Shown: positions 1 through 10,638, numbered from the stretch's first letter. The stretch: 54,520 nucleotides of DNA from Candidatus Micrarchaeota archaeon (GCA_040753215.1 JBFMEZ010000001.1:1-54520); one strand, 5' to 3'. Notes: generated from the sequence alone by a model not told the origin. Made by a program: numbers and translations.

Positions 1-2
1 AG

Positions 3-863
3 GGAAGGGGCGAGGATGCGGGCGCTGATGGCGATTCCGATGTTGCGGACCCTGGGGCGGATGGGGAAGCTGTGGAAGAGGCGGATGCTGAAACACCTGG
101 TGAGGATGCGGGCGATGCGGAGGCAGAGGCAACCGAAACCGCGGATGCCGATGCGGACGCGGGCTGCTCGCCGAGTACTATTTACGAATGGATAGAGAAC
201 CCGATGCCCGATTTTGGCGGCAGCAGGCAGATGGAAGTGCTCCGCTACGAGACCACGGAATGGGCCGGGAGCGAATGCGAAACCACATCAACCGGAAGGA
301 CTCTTGCGGGGATAGATTATACGTTTACGCCGCCGATTGAAACCTCTGCCGAAAGCCTCCGGAATGTTGTGGGGCAGGGGGCCATCACGCCGCTTTTTGA
401 CCCGGACCAGAAGGTTCTTTCCTTCGATATCGCAGGGGGCTGCCTGGAAACCGCAAAGATTGTGGCCGGGGATGTGCTTAGCCCTTCCAACAGGGTTCTT
501 GCTGCTGGCATATACATAATCTCATTTGTGTTCGCAGCAGGGGAGGACAGGGGCGGAACGATTGTGGAGTGGGTGGATTACGAGATTCTCGACAGGGATT
601 ACAACCTGGTGGGAAACCCGAGGGTTGATGAAGCGGTGCTATTTCCAGTGCCGGATGGCAGGAAGCTTATGCCCACCGGAGTGGACACTGCGGTCCCATC
701 GGCGCGCACCGATGTGCTGGAGGCGGCAGGCGGCAGGATATGCGACGGCGAGGGGAGAACCAGGACAACCGACGGGCTGCCTTTCGTATTCCATATGGAT
801 GTCCATACGGACCCGGCCGATTCGGCTGAAAAGTTGTGGAAGCTTTCGCTTAATCCGCCATAG
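3..863 (+). CDS. 5'-truncated acidic hypothetical protein with Asp/Ala-rich linker, probably exported
   Basis: Frame is open from the window edge (GRGEDAGADGDSD...) through the track ORF 72..863; DADADA low-complexity linker precedes a globular region. Confidence 0.65.
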   Translation, partial: GRGEDAGADGDSDVADPGADGEAVEEADAETPGEDAGDAEAEATETADADADAGCSPSTIYEWIENPMPDFGGSRQMEVLRYETTEWAGSECETTSTGRTLAGIDYTFTPPIETSAESLRNVVGQGAITPLFDPDQKVLSFDIAGGCLETAKIVAGDVLSPSNRVLAAGIYIISFVFAAGEDRGGTIVEWVDYEILDRDYNLVGNPRVDEAVLFPVPDGRKLMPTGVDTAVPSARTDVLEAAGGRICDGEGRTRTTDGLPFVFHMDVHTDPADSAEKLWKLSLNPP

Positions 864-2840
864 TTATATGGTTATGTAGGTGCATCTCGCGAGCAGCCAG
901 ACCACCAGTGCCCAGATTGCAAGGAAAAGGAGGGCCGTGAAAAACGCCCGCAACCAGGGGTCCCATTTATTCTTCTCCTCTTCTTTGTGCCCGGCTTTCA
1001 TGTGCGCCCTCTTTATCCTCTCGCCTTTTTCCTGCTTCTCCTTTTCTCTCTTGAAAATCAATACCGCGGCTGCCGCCCCGAGAACCAGTATTATCACGGT
1101 CCAGCGCAAATCCGGGAAAATGCATCTTTTGATTACGAATTCAGGCTTCACGAATAAAGTGAGGTGGCCCTTCCCCACGAGCCTCCCGTTTTCATAGATT
1201 AAAACAGGAATCCTGTAAACTCCCGGCTCCATGTCGCGCGGGATTGAAACAACAAAACTCAGGAAGCCGCTTTCCTGGCTGTATAAAATCTCCGGAATAT
1301 TAACAAGGCGGATGAGGTTTCCGTAGGGTCCACCGAATTCCACGCTGAGGTTGTACGCGTATGCGCTCCCGTTCCCTATGTTTGTGAGCGTGAGGTTTGC
1401 TGCCTTTTCTTCGCCGCGCAGGAGTTCCATTGTGATGTTTTCAACTGAAATAAGCGGCTTGTTTATTGTGAGGTAAATGTTTGCGGAGGTGGAGAGGAGA
1501 AGGGTGGAGTTGGCCTCCTTTCTTCCCACGCACTGCAGCAGGCCCTCGGTGCTTCCGGAATAATCAAGGATTGTTGTGGGGGGCATATCTACGGTTATGG
1601 TCCCGCGGATCGTCCCTCCTGCAGGTATGGAATCCGATTCCAGCTCTATTGTTGTGTACTCTTCGAAATCCGCTCTCACAAAACAGTAAACACCCGTAAG
1701 CCCGCTCAGGGAATAGAGGGAGAAGTTCGCGCTCCCTTCCAGCGGATAATCGATTGTTATGCGTATGTTCTCGGGCCTTATTTCAAACTGTTCGTATGCA
1801 GGGGGGATGGGAGGCTGGCCCACGTGCGGAGCTCCCGGGCCTCCGAACGGGCCGGGGGGAGGGGGCGGAGCGGTGGCCACCGAGAAAACGACGCTGTCGT
1901 AGCCCACGTTGCCCGCAGTATCGTTTGCATAAAGGGTGAGGGTATGTACACCATCAGGGACGTCCAGTATGTAGGAGATTGTGCAGTCCGGCAGCACAAC
2001 TGTTGTGGAATCAAGGATGTACCAGCAGGAGTCCACCGGGCCCTGGTAGGTGGTTATGGTGTAGACGAGGGGGATGGAGGCGGTTGTGTAGGTGATGGGC
2101 TCGGGGGAGATTATATTTACAACCGGGGGAAACAGGCCGGGCCCTATCCCATTGATGTGGATGTAGTAGGGGCCCGTGTAGGAGCCCAGGGAGAGGACCA
2201 CCGAATCGTTTAGGGAAGTGATTGCGGTATCCGTAGTGGTGAGGGTGCTTCCCTCCATGAGGCCCACTACCAGGTAGTTTACGTCGGGGATTATGGATGC
2301 GCCCGTATCGTCAAGCGCATCGGTCACTGTTACATTCACCAGGTTTCCGGTCTGTGTGTAATTTACCGTGTAGTTTCCTACGAGCCAGCCGTTCAGCTCC
2401 AGGAGCTTCACCCTGGTTGCTGCGGACATGTCTGGCGTATTTGAGATGAAAACAAACGGGATGGAGGGATACCAGGCCCTGAAGCTGGAGATTTCCAATT
2501 GGAGATAGACGCAGTTGTTCGGGGGGACGTAGGTTATCTGGACCGGGAAATGCGTAATCTCCATGTAATCGCCGGGGTTTGTTCCGTCCGCATACATGAG
2601 GGATACGTATTTGTTCTGCAGTTCTGCCGCAGTCATTGCGCATATGCGGAGGAGCGCATCAGGGTTCTCAAGGGAATTATCCTTGTAGGAGTAGGAACCA
2701 TTGTAGGTTATGCTGCCCACTGTGATCTGGTCATCGTAAACCAGGTTCGTGATTGCGGAATCGTTTGCCCTCACTATGTAAACCTGGTATTGCGTAAAGG
2801 AGAGGGGAAGGAGAAGGAGCAGAAGTATGAGCTTCCGCAT
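864..2840 (-). CDS. Membrane-anchored cell-surface protein with Ig-like domains
   Basis: Signal peptide MRKLILLLLLLPLSF; Ig-like motif DGVHTLTLYANDTAGN; Pro-rich linker; two C-terminal hydrophobic segments; many N-X-S/T sequons. Confidence 0.85.
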   Translation of the reverse strand: MRKLILLLLLLPLSFTQYQVYIVRANDSAITNLVYDDQITVGSITYNGSYSYKDNSLENPDALLRICAMTAAELQNKYVSLMYADGTNPGDYMEITHFPVQITYVPPNNCVYLQLEISSFRAWYPSIPFVFISNTPDMSAATRVKLLELNGWLVGNYTVNYTQTGNLVNVTVTDALDDTGASIIPDVNYLVVGLMEGSTLTTTDTAITSLNDSVVLSLGSYTGPYYIHINGIGPGLFPPVVNIISPEPITYTTASIPLVYTITTYQGPVDSCWYILDSTTVVLPDCTISYILDVPDGVHTLTLYANDTAGNVGYDSVVFSVATAPPPPPGPFGGPGAPHVGQPPIPPAYEQFEIRPENIRITIDYPLEGSANFSLYSLSGLTGVYCFVRADFEEYTTIELESDSIPAGGTIRGTITVDMPPTTILDYSGSTEGLLQCVGRKEANSTLLLSTSANIYLTINKPLISVENITMELLRGEEKAANLTLTNIGNGSAYAYNLSVEFGGPYGNLIRLVNIPEILYSQESGFLSFVVSIPRDMEPGVYRIPVLIYENGRLVGKGHLTLFVKPEFVIKRCIFPDLRWTVIILVLGAAAAVLIFKREKEKQEKGERIKRAHMKAGHKEEEKNKWDPWLRAFFTALLFLAIWALVVWLLARCTYITI

Positions 2841-4544
2841 TTATGGCACCACCAGTTTCTTTGTGATTGCATAAACCTGGTACAGCCAATCATAGATTTG
2901 GAGAACATACCTGTTCTTGTTTATTAATTCCTTGCTGTTCACCCATCCGGGATCCGCGCATGTCCAGTCCCCCACAAGGAGCGGATAATCGGAAGTGAGG
3001 GTATTGTTGTACGCGAAAGTGAGCGGCGAGCCGCTGCAGGTGGAGGAGGTGTAGCCGTTTATTACTATGGAATAGTTCCCTACGTATGCATCCACCCCCT
3101 CAGAAGAATAAACGGTGTAGAGGAGGTTGCAGGTGGGGACCGCGGTGAACTGCACATGGCCTGTTCCATTTCCGTATGCGATTCCGGTTGAGTAGCTCTT
3201 CACTCCGCGCAGCGTTCCGGAATTGTTCCACACCTGCGTGGGTACGAATGGGTTGAGGCCGTTCGTTTCAACAATCCTGTAGCATGCATTCGCAACGTAA
3301 TTCCCGTTGGAATCGTTTATGTATAACGTAATATTATATGGCCTTCCCCAGTAAGGAAAGATGTCTGTGTAATTCTCATCTATCCATACATGGAGGTAGT
3401 AGGCGGGCGATACCGTAACGGTTGTGGTTGCAATGTTGTTCTCGTTGCATTCTGCAATCGTATTGTTTGCATCTGCCATTGCGGTGAATGTGTATACGCC
3501 GCTTAAGCCCGTGGCGTTGAATGTGTAATTTCTTGTGGTGGAGGCGCTTGGGTTCAGGTTTTCGGTAATTATCCAGGAGGTGCGCACATCATAGCCTCCC
3601 GGGCCCGAGATGTTGAGGGTGAGGTTGAAATCCGTGGTTACTCCTACATTCCCATTATTGGTTATGGTGATGGTGATGTTGCTGCCCTGGCCGTAGGTTA
3701 TGCTGCCCGGGCTCGCGGATATTCCCGTGCTGAGGTCCGAGCCTATGCAGATCGGGAAGCCCAGCCCATTTACCACTGCATAGCGGTTGTATACCGCCTG
3801 GTCTGAGGTCGGGCTGCCGAGCGCAAGGAGCGCAGGAAGGTCCGCGGTGGAATTGACTATCCTTGCATCCGAGCAGTTCCTTCCATAATCATCCGAGCAT
3901 AAAGCCATGAGGATGCTCCTTCCCGTGGAGGAGTTGAGGCCCCATTCGGAGTCGCCTGGGGAGCGGGAGATGCTTCCCAAATCCGTTTCAAAAGTTATTG
4001 TGCCTATGTTCGCGGTTACAAGCCCCGTTCCCTGGCTGAAGGAGAGGGCGGAGAGGGTGTAGCCGCCCATGAGCCAGCCATCCGAATAGTTGAGAAGAAC
4101 AAAGCCCGGGGAAGAGCCGTCCGCGCTATCCGAGAAGAGGGCATGGACCCTCCCGGGGAAGGCGGAAACGAATACTATTGGGGTTCTTGTGAAATCCCTG
4201 AATTGGGAGAATGCGAATGCGTCCACGGGAGTATAATAGCAGGGGCCGGAGCCTATTGAAGTGTAGACGAGTGTATCTGTTGAGCCTGTGGTGAGGTTTT
4301 TGCTCACGGCCACATATGCCGGGGTGCCGCTCACGTTTGCAGAATAAACTGCAGCCACATATTTCTGCCCCACGTTGCAGAGGCGCATGCCGAAATCAGG
4401 GTTTGTTCCGAATGTATCAACATACACCTTGTAGGCTGCGGAAGCCGTAACGTTCTGCGTCGCGTTGTTTATATCAACTATCTGTGCGCTCTGGGAAAAG
4501 GAAAGGGCAAAAAGCAACAGGAGCGCGAGCAGCCTTTTCATCAT
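2841..4544 (-). CDS. Secreted CARDB/Ig-like domain protein
   Basis: Signal peptide; CARDB-like segment TITNNGN...ADANNTIAECNENN; coupled to both neighbours. Confidence 0.85.
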   Translation of the reverse strand: MMKRLLALLLLFALSFSQSAQIVDINNATQNVTASAAYKVYVDTFGTNPDFGMRLCNVGQKYVAAVYSANVSGTPAYVAVSKNLTTGSTDTLVYTSIGSGPCYYTPVDAFAFSQFRDFTRTPIVFVSAFPGRVHALFSDSADGSSPGFVLLNYSDGWLMGGYTLSALSFSQGTGLVTANIGTITFETDLGSISRSPGDSEWGLNSSTGRSILMALCSDDYGRNCSDARIVNSTADLPALLALGSPTSDQAVYNRYAVVNGLGFPICIGSDLSTGISASPGSITYGQGSNITITITNNGNVGVTTDFNLTLNISGPGGYDVRTSWIITENLNPSASTTRNYTFNATGLSGVYTFTAMADANNTIAECNENNIATTTVTVSPAYYLHVWIDENYTDIFPYWGRPYNITLYINDSNGNYVANACYRIVETNGLNPFVPTQVWNNSGTLRGVKSYSTGIAYGNGTGHVQFTAVPTCNLLYTVYSSEGVDAYVGNYSIVINGYTSSTCSGSPLTFAYNNTLTSDYPLLVGDWTCADPGWVNSKELINKNRYVLQIYDWLYQVYAITKKLVVP

Positions 4545-6109
4545 TACACCGTCGATATTGACTTTCCAATGTTGGAAAGCACAAGATTGATGTTCTGTAG
4601 AGCAGAACCTATTAAAGCGTTCGTATAATCGTCCATGTCCATTTCTGAAGAGGATGGGGGCTCAAGCACGGAATCCACAGTAAAGGTGAGGTTTGCGACA
4701 TTCGAATCGTTGTAGTATACGAAAAGGGTGAGGTTTGCGTTGTTGTTGTAGCGGGTTGGGATGAGGATGAAGGTCTCATTGGAATAGAAGGGGCCGGTGT
4801 TGTTGTAGAGGTCCTTGTCCGGCTGGGCGGGGACGAATATTATGTGGCCATCGGTTTCCTGTATTGAGAGGTTGGCTGCGACCGGAGTGCCTGCATCCAA
4901 TACAGTAATATTAAGGTAATTGGGGGCGCCTGCCTTCAGGGTTGGGAGCGCGCTCACCTCCCCCGTTGTGTTTACGGTTACGGATGCGTTCCTCATCTTC
5001 CTCGCATATATCCATCTGGTCGCGGTGCTGGCAAGGGAATTCATGTTCTGGACCGAGGATTTTACCTGGCTTCCGTATGCTGCATCCACCAATGAGGTGC
5101 GGTAGGTGGGGTCCAGCGCATTGTACATCGCGATGGAGAGGTTCTGCCTGCAGTACACGGGGCTGAGCACTTCCACATATGCAATGTAGCCGTAGGAGTC
5201 CGGGAGGTTGTAGCGGGTGGGGGAGAGGGCGAACACCGCATTTCCGCTGGAGTTGGTGGTCATGAAGCCCTGGGCTGAATAGATTCTCCCGGGGTAGAGG
5301 TTGGGGTAAAGGATGCTGCGGCCGTTCTCCTCTATTACGCGGAGGGTTGCGCCCTGGATGGGGCTGGCCGAGCCGATGTAGGTCACGAGGAATTGCACAT
5401 CGTAGGGGACTCCGGTTTTCGGGAAGGCCGTGGTCTGGGTTCCGTCTATCCATACGGTGATGTTGCAGTCCCCCGGGTACACGTAGAAATAGTAGGTTTC
5501 GTTGATTGGAACCATGTACTCAAAATCAAAATAGGAGCCGTTGAAGCCGGGCTGGTTTTGTATGATTGTAATGAAGAGAGGTTCTTCATTGGTACCGTTT
5601 GAGAATTTCAGCACGGCCATGGATACGTTGGGAAGAAGCGTTATGTACGGGCATGGGAGTATTGTGGTGCCCAGCGTGCAGTTCATGGTAAGCGCAGGAA
5701 GAAAAGTATAGAATGGGCTGTCTATGAAAAGGCTGAAATTGAGGCCCGCAAAGACGCTGAAATTTGAGAACATTCCGCCAGTATCGAAATCCGCAAGCAC
5801 CGGGCTGTAGATGTCTGAAAGGTTCGGCTTAGAAGGCAGCCTGGTGACAACCATGGAGATGCCCCGGAAGGTGCCGTTTGGATAGTTTGTGTAGATGTCA
5901 ACCCCGCCCACGTCTTCGTATGAGATGGGGAAGGCAGGGTTTGCGGAATTGTTCTGCATCCAGCCGACTATGCCTGCCCAGTACTCCGTGGTTGCGTTTG
6001 AGGTGAGGTTGATTTCGGTTACGTTGCCGCCCTCTGTGGTGTAATTTCCTGCGCCGGGCATGGAGGTGATAAATAAGAATAGGAGCACCGGCAGGAGCGC
6101 CTTTTTCAT
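4544..6109 (-). CDS. Secreted protein with an N-terminal domain paralogous to 7960..8640 plus two copies of a second module
   Basis: Signal peptide MKKALLPVLL; motifs EGGNVTEINLT..EYWAG and YMVP..YYFY; TATA-like TTTATAAA at ~6131-6138 supports a start at 6109 (track start 6115). Confidence 0.85.
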   Translation of the reverse strand: MKKALLPVLLFLFITSMPGAGNYTTEGGNVTEINLTSNATTEYWAGIVGWMQNNSANPAFPISYEDVGGVDIYTNYPNGTFRGISMVVTRLPSKPNLSDIYSPVLADFDTGGMFSNFSVFAGLNFSLFIDSPFYTFLPALTMNCTLGTTILPCPYITLLPNVSMAVLKFSNGTNEEPLFITIIQNQPGFNGSYFDFEYMVPINETYYFYVYPGDCNITVWIDGTQTTAFPKTGVPYDVQFLVTYIGSASPIQGATLRVIEENGRSILYPNLYPGRIYSAQGFMTTNSSGNAVFALSPTRYNLPDSYGYIAYVEVLSPVYCRQNLSIAMYNALDPTYRTSLVDAAYGSQVKSSVQNMNSLASTATRWIYARKMRNASVTVNTTGEVSALPTLKAGAPNYLNITVLDAGTPVAANLSIQETDGHIIFVPAQPDKDLYNNTGPFYSNETFILIPTRYNNNANLTLFVYYNDSNVANLTFTVDSVLEPPSSSEMDMDDYTNALIGSALQNINLVLSNIGKSISTV

Positions 6110-6157
6110 GGGCAAAATAGGGAAGTGAGGTTTATAAACGCTACTTTTCCTCCACGT

Positions 6158-7855
6158 CTATTTTTTCTTCTTGGGGGCTTCTTCCGCGGCTGCCTCCTTT
6201 TCTTTCTTTTTCTTCCTGTAATACCAGAACAGTATGAGCAACAGCAGTAGCAGCAGGAGCAGTATCCACCACGGGAACCCTTCTATCTTTACGGGGGCGG
6301 ATGCTTCCTTTTCCAGGAAAGCCTCCCTTGCGCCGTAGGTTGCGGTTACGTTCATGGCTGTTTTATCCGCCTTCTCCATTGGGAGCTGGATTACTCCGCT
6401 GAGCGCGATGATTTCGGTCCTTCCCGCGCTTATGTTGCGGACCTGCTCCTCCTCATAGAATGTGAAACCCTCATCGTTCACATAAGAAACTGAGAGGCGA
6501 TAGAATGCATCCTCAGTTCCATTGTTGCGCACGCGGACGGTCAGCCTGTCTTCCAGCGGGGAGTAGGAAGCGTCCGGGAGAGAAAGGCTGCTGCGGTCCA
6601 CGAAGGAGATTCTTCCAACGTCCATGTATTTTATGAAGCCCTTGTCAAAGGAATACCTGGACAGCCCGTAGTAGGTGGTGTCGTTTATGCTAAGCTGGCC
6701 CTCCCCCGGGTTGGGGAACGGGTAGCGCATCCCTTTTTTCTCGCCCCTTTTTATTACGTAGGACTGCTCATCTCCGATTGTTCCTATTTGGTTGCCGTCA
6801 AGAAGAACCGCGATGCTTGATTTTACGTATGCGGGGGCATTTCCTTTGTTTGTGTATACTAGTTCAAATGCGCCAAGGGCAGGGTTGTAAGATGCTTCAT
6901 CAAGGGAAACGTCTGCATGAGGAGAGGGGAGGGGGAACATGCTGAGCGGGCCGGGCTCTCCGCCCGCGCCAGTTGCCTGGCCGAATTTGACGAACACGTT
7001 CAGTTTTTTCTCTTCAAAATTGCTGTTTATCCTCTTCATCATGTCATACACTGCATCCAGATGCGCGTTCCCTATCAGGGTCCCGACCACTATCTGCCCG
7101 CTGCTTACTTCACTGAATAGATAACCATATGTACTGCCCGGGATTACATCAGAAACAAGAACGGCTGGAAAATCGCCTTCATTTATCGACTCTTCAAGCA
7201 CCGAGCCATCGGTAAAAAGGACATCCCTTATTTCGGGGCGCAAGGCAAAATATTTATCCAGCATCGCTATGTTGTCCTCGTATTTGTCGCCGTTATTTAT
7301 TGTTTCGGCGGTTAAGCCAAGGCCGTTTATGGCTACCGGCACCTCGTCATCAAGGGTTCCATACAAAAGAATGGAATCAGGGCGGTTCTGGCCGAGGAAA
7401 GAAGAAACTTCACTAATGCTGCTCTTATTTGCAAAAATGAGGTAGGAGCCGGTGTGTTTTGCATATGCAACCGCAGAAACGACATTGTAGCCGTAAACCG
7501 GGTCTGACAGGATGAAGCTGCGCGAGCCGGAGCGCCCGGCAAGTTCGAGGTTCATGTCTGTGCCTGTTGAAGAAACCACTTCCACGGCATTTCCGTTCGC
7601 CTCCAGGCCTTCCTTAAGGCCGGCGATTACCTGCCTGTTCGGCGATTCGACCAGCAGAATGCTGCCCTGCCGCCCGACCTGGGCCACCGTGATGAACGGG
7701 CTGGAGCCGGGGTAGACCAGGTAAAAATCCTCGCCCTTCGCATTCGCATAAAAAAGTGCAGAAGAAACGTCTGACGGGTCCTGCGAATTCACGACCACAA
7801 AAGGATAGGAAATGGCCAGCAATAGGCATGCAAGCAGCAGTCTCTTGGCCCCCAT
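6158..7855 (-). CDS. Membrane-anchored surface protein with cell-wall-binding-repeat-2-like N-terminal repeats and Ig-like domains
   Basis: Signal peptide from MGAKRLLL; repeated D..SA..YA....LI motifs; C-terminal TM plus Lys-rich tail; TATA at ~7878-7885. Confidence 0.75.
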   Translation of the reverse strand: MGAKRLLLACLLLAISYPFVVVNSQDPSDVSSALFYANAKGEDFYLVYPGSSPFITVAQVGRQGSILLVESPNRQVIAGLKEGLEANGNAVEVVSSTGTDMNLELAGRSGSRSFILSDPVYGYNVVSAVAYAKHTGSYLIFANKSSISEVSSFLGQNRPDSILLYGTLDDEVPVAINGLGLTAETINNGDKYEDNIAMLDKYFALRPEIRDVLFTDGSVLEESINEGDFPAVLVSDVIPGSTYGYLFSEVSSGQIVVGTLIGNAHLDAVYDMMKRINSNFEEKKLNVFVKFGQATGAGGEPGPLSMFPLPSPHADVSLDEASYNPALGAFELVYTNKGNAPAYVKSSIAVLLDGNQIGTIGDEQSYVIKRGEKKGMRYPFPNPGEGQLSINDTTYYGLSRYSFDKGFIKYMDVGRISFVDRSSLSLPDASYSPLEDRLTVRVRNNGTEDAFYRLSVSYVNDEGFTFYEEEQVRNISAGRTEIIALSGVIQLPMEKADKTAMNVTATYGAREAFLEKEASAPVKIEGFPWWILLLLLLLLLILFWYYRKKKKEKEAAAEEAPKKKK

Positions 7856-7959
7856 GGCGGCTATTTTTCTGAAAAGGAATATAAAACTTCTGGATTTCAT
7901 GGCGGAAAAATGCACTGGAAATGCAAAAATGAAAAAGAAAAAAGAAGGGATCTCTCCCT

Positions 7960-8640
7960 TCAGGTCAGCTCTGCGTAGAAGTAGTAGAGCTCGGTCGCGC
8001 CCGCGGTCTCCGTGGTCGGTACCATGAGCTGGTATGCTCCGGTGCCGCCAACAGCGAATGTGTTGGTTGAGGACATGTTCACGCAGAACGCGAAGTTGGA
8101 TTCGCCCGCCCCTCCGTCATCCACGGCGCAGGTCTGCCAAACGCCGGAGTTCGTGGAGTTTTTCGTGAACACTCCGGTCGTGCTCAGGGCACCCACGGGG
8201 TTTATGCTTATGCTACAGGAAGTATCCGTGAAAGTGCTCGTCGCACTGTCGGTGTCTCCCGTCGCAAAGCTCCATGCGGTGTCTATGCCCGCCCTCACCG
8301 CCGCAGTTGCACTGGCCCATGGGAAGTTGCTCGCCGTGGATGCGCAAACCTCTCCGCCATTGGACATGCTCCAGCTCCATGTGTAGAGCGGTATGGTTGT
8401 GGTGCCCTTCTGGAGGGTAAGGCTGCCCGTCACGTTCCCGTAGAACCCTGCCCACTTCTCAGTGGACTCGTTTGCCGTCAGGTTGACGTCGGTAACGTTG
8501 CCGCCTTCCGTCAGGTAGTTGGCGTTACCGGTCAAACCGCCGTACTTAGCCGTTGATCCGTTGACCCCGGTGGTGTTTGACATAGCAAACACGCCGCCGA
8601 AGAGCAACGCAAATGCGGCCAGCATCAATCCTTTTTTCAT
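7960..8640 (-). CDS. Small secreted Thr/Gly/Asn-rich protein, candidate major surface or filament subunit
   Basis: Signal peptide MKKGLMLAAFALLFGGVFA; SD GAGGTGA; four Cys; ends in YQLMVP...LYYFYAELT; no membrane anchor. Confidence 0.85.
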   Translation of the reverse strand: MKKGLMLAAFALLFGGVFAMSNTTGVNGSTAKYGGLTGNANYLTEGGNVTDVNLTANESTEKWAGFYGNVTGSLTLQKGTTTIPLYTWSWSMSNGGEVCASTASNFPWASATAAVRAGIDTAWSFATGDTDSATSTFTDTSCSISINPVGALSTTGVFTKNSTNSGVWQTCAVDDGGAGESNFAFCVNMSSTNTFAVGGTGAYQLMVPTTETAGATELYYFYAELT

Positions 8641-8824
8641 TCATTCACCTCAAATTTATTTTGTGCCACTACACGTATATAACATTTATAAGGGTATTCC
8701 CGGCTCTCCGAACGCGCACACACGCGGGTTGAGAGGGGTGTTGGAAATTCTAGAAAAGCAGGTGGAGGAAGTAAGAATTATTGCACTTGGAGAGGTTTTA
8801 AATCCTGGGTGTAAAAAATGAAGC

Positions 8825-10069
8825 GTGAAAAGGGTTTTGCTCCTCTTGTGCGTGCTTGCGCTCTCCTTTGCCTACACAGACCCTCCAATCGCTGAGGTGA
8901 TGGGCCACAACCTGGACCCCGCGTTCCTGGACTCGCTCATGAACAGGACCCCGGAAGGGATAGTGTTAGGGCCGGAGGAGGGGGAGAATGCAGTTTATTT
9001 CAATGCAACCCTGATAGGAGTATTCCCTTCTGTGGACGACAGGATTCCCGCGGACCCCAGCCCATATTCCCACAAAATCCTCTGGACCTGGGGCGAGAAC
9101 TACACCTGGTACATAATAAGGGACGACCTTGAGGCAACCGTGGGGAACTCAACCTGTGAATTCGATGGGGTTACGCTTGCAATAGATATGGAAAAGACCG
9201 AGTATTTCTTTGCGATAAGGGTGAACAACCAGACCGCCGCAACCTATGATAATCCCCCATCCGAAATAGGCGCGTTCGATTTCCCGCTTTCCCCTGCGCA
9301 GCTTGAGGGAATAAACGCAACGGAAAGGATGGAGGTGCGGCTTGAGTATGCCGGTTCATACACATACACTGCTGCCAGGGTATGCAGCAGCGAGCCGGTT
9401 GAGCTGCAGGTGCTGATAGAGGTGGGCGGCCATTCCGAGCTCTACTATTATGTGGAAAACGGAAACGTGATATTCTTCACTGCGCGGCCTGTGCTTGGGG
9501 AGCAGTGGTTCAGGAACAACCATTTTGACAATTTAATTTTCAGCAAGAGAAAGTTCTACAAAAGCGAAATATTTCTGGATGGAAATGAAAGCGGGGAGGC
9601 GAGAATCTACAATTTCAGCATCTATACAGATTCGCTTGGGACGATGTTCATAAATTCAAGCAGGGAGAACAATTATACGGATTCAACGCTGGAGGAATAC
9701 GGGTTAATCTATACTCCGGTTCCGCTTATCCATGAGAATGAAACCTTCAGGTACCTGTATGAAGAGAATTACACGTATGAAGGGGCGGGATACCATAATC
9801 TCACTATTGTTGTTACGGACCACTTTCTGCACAATTACACTTACAACAGGACCTTGCTGAGCAGGGCTCTGAGCGAAGCAGAGGCAAGGGAGGAAGATGC
9901 CTCCGCAGTTGTGAATAACCAGACTGTTTATTATGCGAGGCCGGAATATGCCGCCCCGCCGCAACTGCTCAACCAGGTACTTCTTCCTTCGAGCGCGCTG
10001 GCGATAATATTCATAGTGGTTGCGGTAAGCGCCTGGTGGGGGGCTTCAAGGGCAAGGGGCATGGATTAG
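8825..10069 (+). CDS. Exported, C-terminally anchored acidic glycoprotein of unknown function
   Basis: Signal peptide, many sequons, C-terminal TM. Confidence 0.8.
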   Translation: MKRVLLLLCVLALSFAYTDPPIAEVMGHNLDPAFLDSLMNRTPEGIVLGPEEGENAVYFNATLIGVFPSVDDRIPADPSPYSHKILWTWGENYTWYIIRDDLEATVGNSTCEFDGVTLAIDMEKTEYFFAIRVNNQTAATYDNPPSEIGAFDFPLSPAQLEGINATERMEVRLEYAGSYTYTAARVCSSEPVELQVLIEVGGHSELYYYVENGNVIFFTARPVLGEQWFRNNHFDNLIFSKRKFYKSEIFLDGNESGEARIYNFSIYTDSLGTMFINSSRENNYTDSTLEEYGLIYTPVPLIHENETFRYLYEENYTYEGAGYHNLTIVVTDHFLHNYTYNRTLLSRALSEAEAREEDASAVVNNQTVYYARPEYAAPPQLLNQVLLPSSALAIIFIVVAVSAWWGASRARGMD

Positions 10070-10129
10070 CGGAAGGGAGGCAGGATAAAATATATAAATG
10101 CTGCCGTCATAACCAACAACGGAGATAGA

Positions 10130-10630
10130 ATGGCAAGAGAGGAAACGGTACAGGCTCTCTTTTACATAGAGCCCAAAACGCAGCACAACCGGGTGCAGCA
10201 CATAGGCTGCCGCCTTGTGCTGACCGAAAAAATGATTCATGCCGGATTTAAGAAAGGATGGGTGTTCAACCTTCCAGATGGGCGTGTGGAGGTGCTGATA
10301 GAGGGGAACAGGAAGGACATTGAGACTTTCTATAGTGAAGTAAAAGAAAACCTTGTCAGATGGCTGGAGGAGAAGACGGATAATAAAGAGAGATTGAGGC
10401 AGATGATCGGTAACCCGGGAATAGCTGTTTCCACCCTGGAATTAAAAAGTGGGCTTCTTGTTTTGGATGTGGGACTTTTCAGCCATTCCCTAGAGATGAA
10501 CCAGCTGGAGAAGGGCGTTGATGTTTATTATAATCTGATGCAAGCGATTAGGGAAAATTCAAAGGCTTACGGCAAGCTCGAAAATACAATTGAAGGGCTG
10601 AACAGACTTTTGGATGAGAGGGTCAAATAA
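10130..10630 (+). CDS. Divergent acylphosphatase-fold protein with C-terminal coiled coil
   Basis: RVQHIGCR and GWVFNLPDGRVEV resemble the AcyP motifs; TATA ATATATAAA ~30 nt upstream. Confidence 0.7.
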   Translation: MAREETVQALFYIEPKTQHNRVQHIGCRLVLTEKMIHAGFKKGWVFNLPDGRVEVLIEGNRKDIETFYSEVKENLVRWLEEKTDNKERLRQMIGNPGIAVSTLELKSGLLVLDVGLFSHSLEMNQLEKGVDVYYNLMQAIRENSKAYGKLENTIEGLNRLLDERVK

Positions 10631-10638
10631 GTGGGCAT

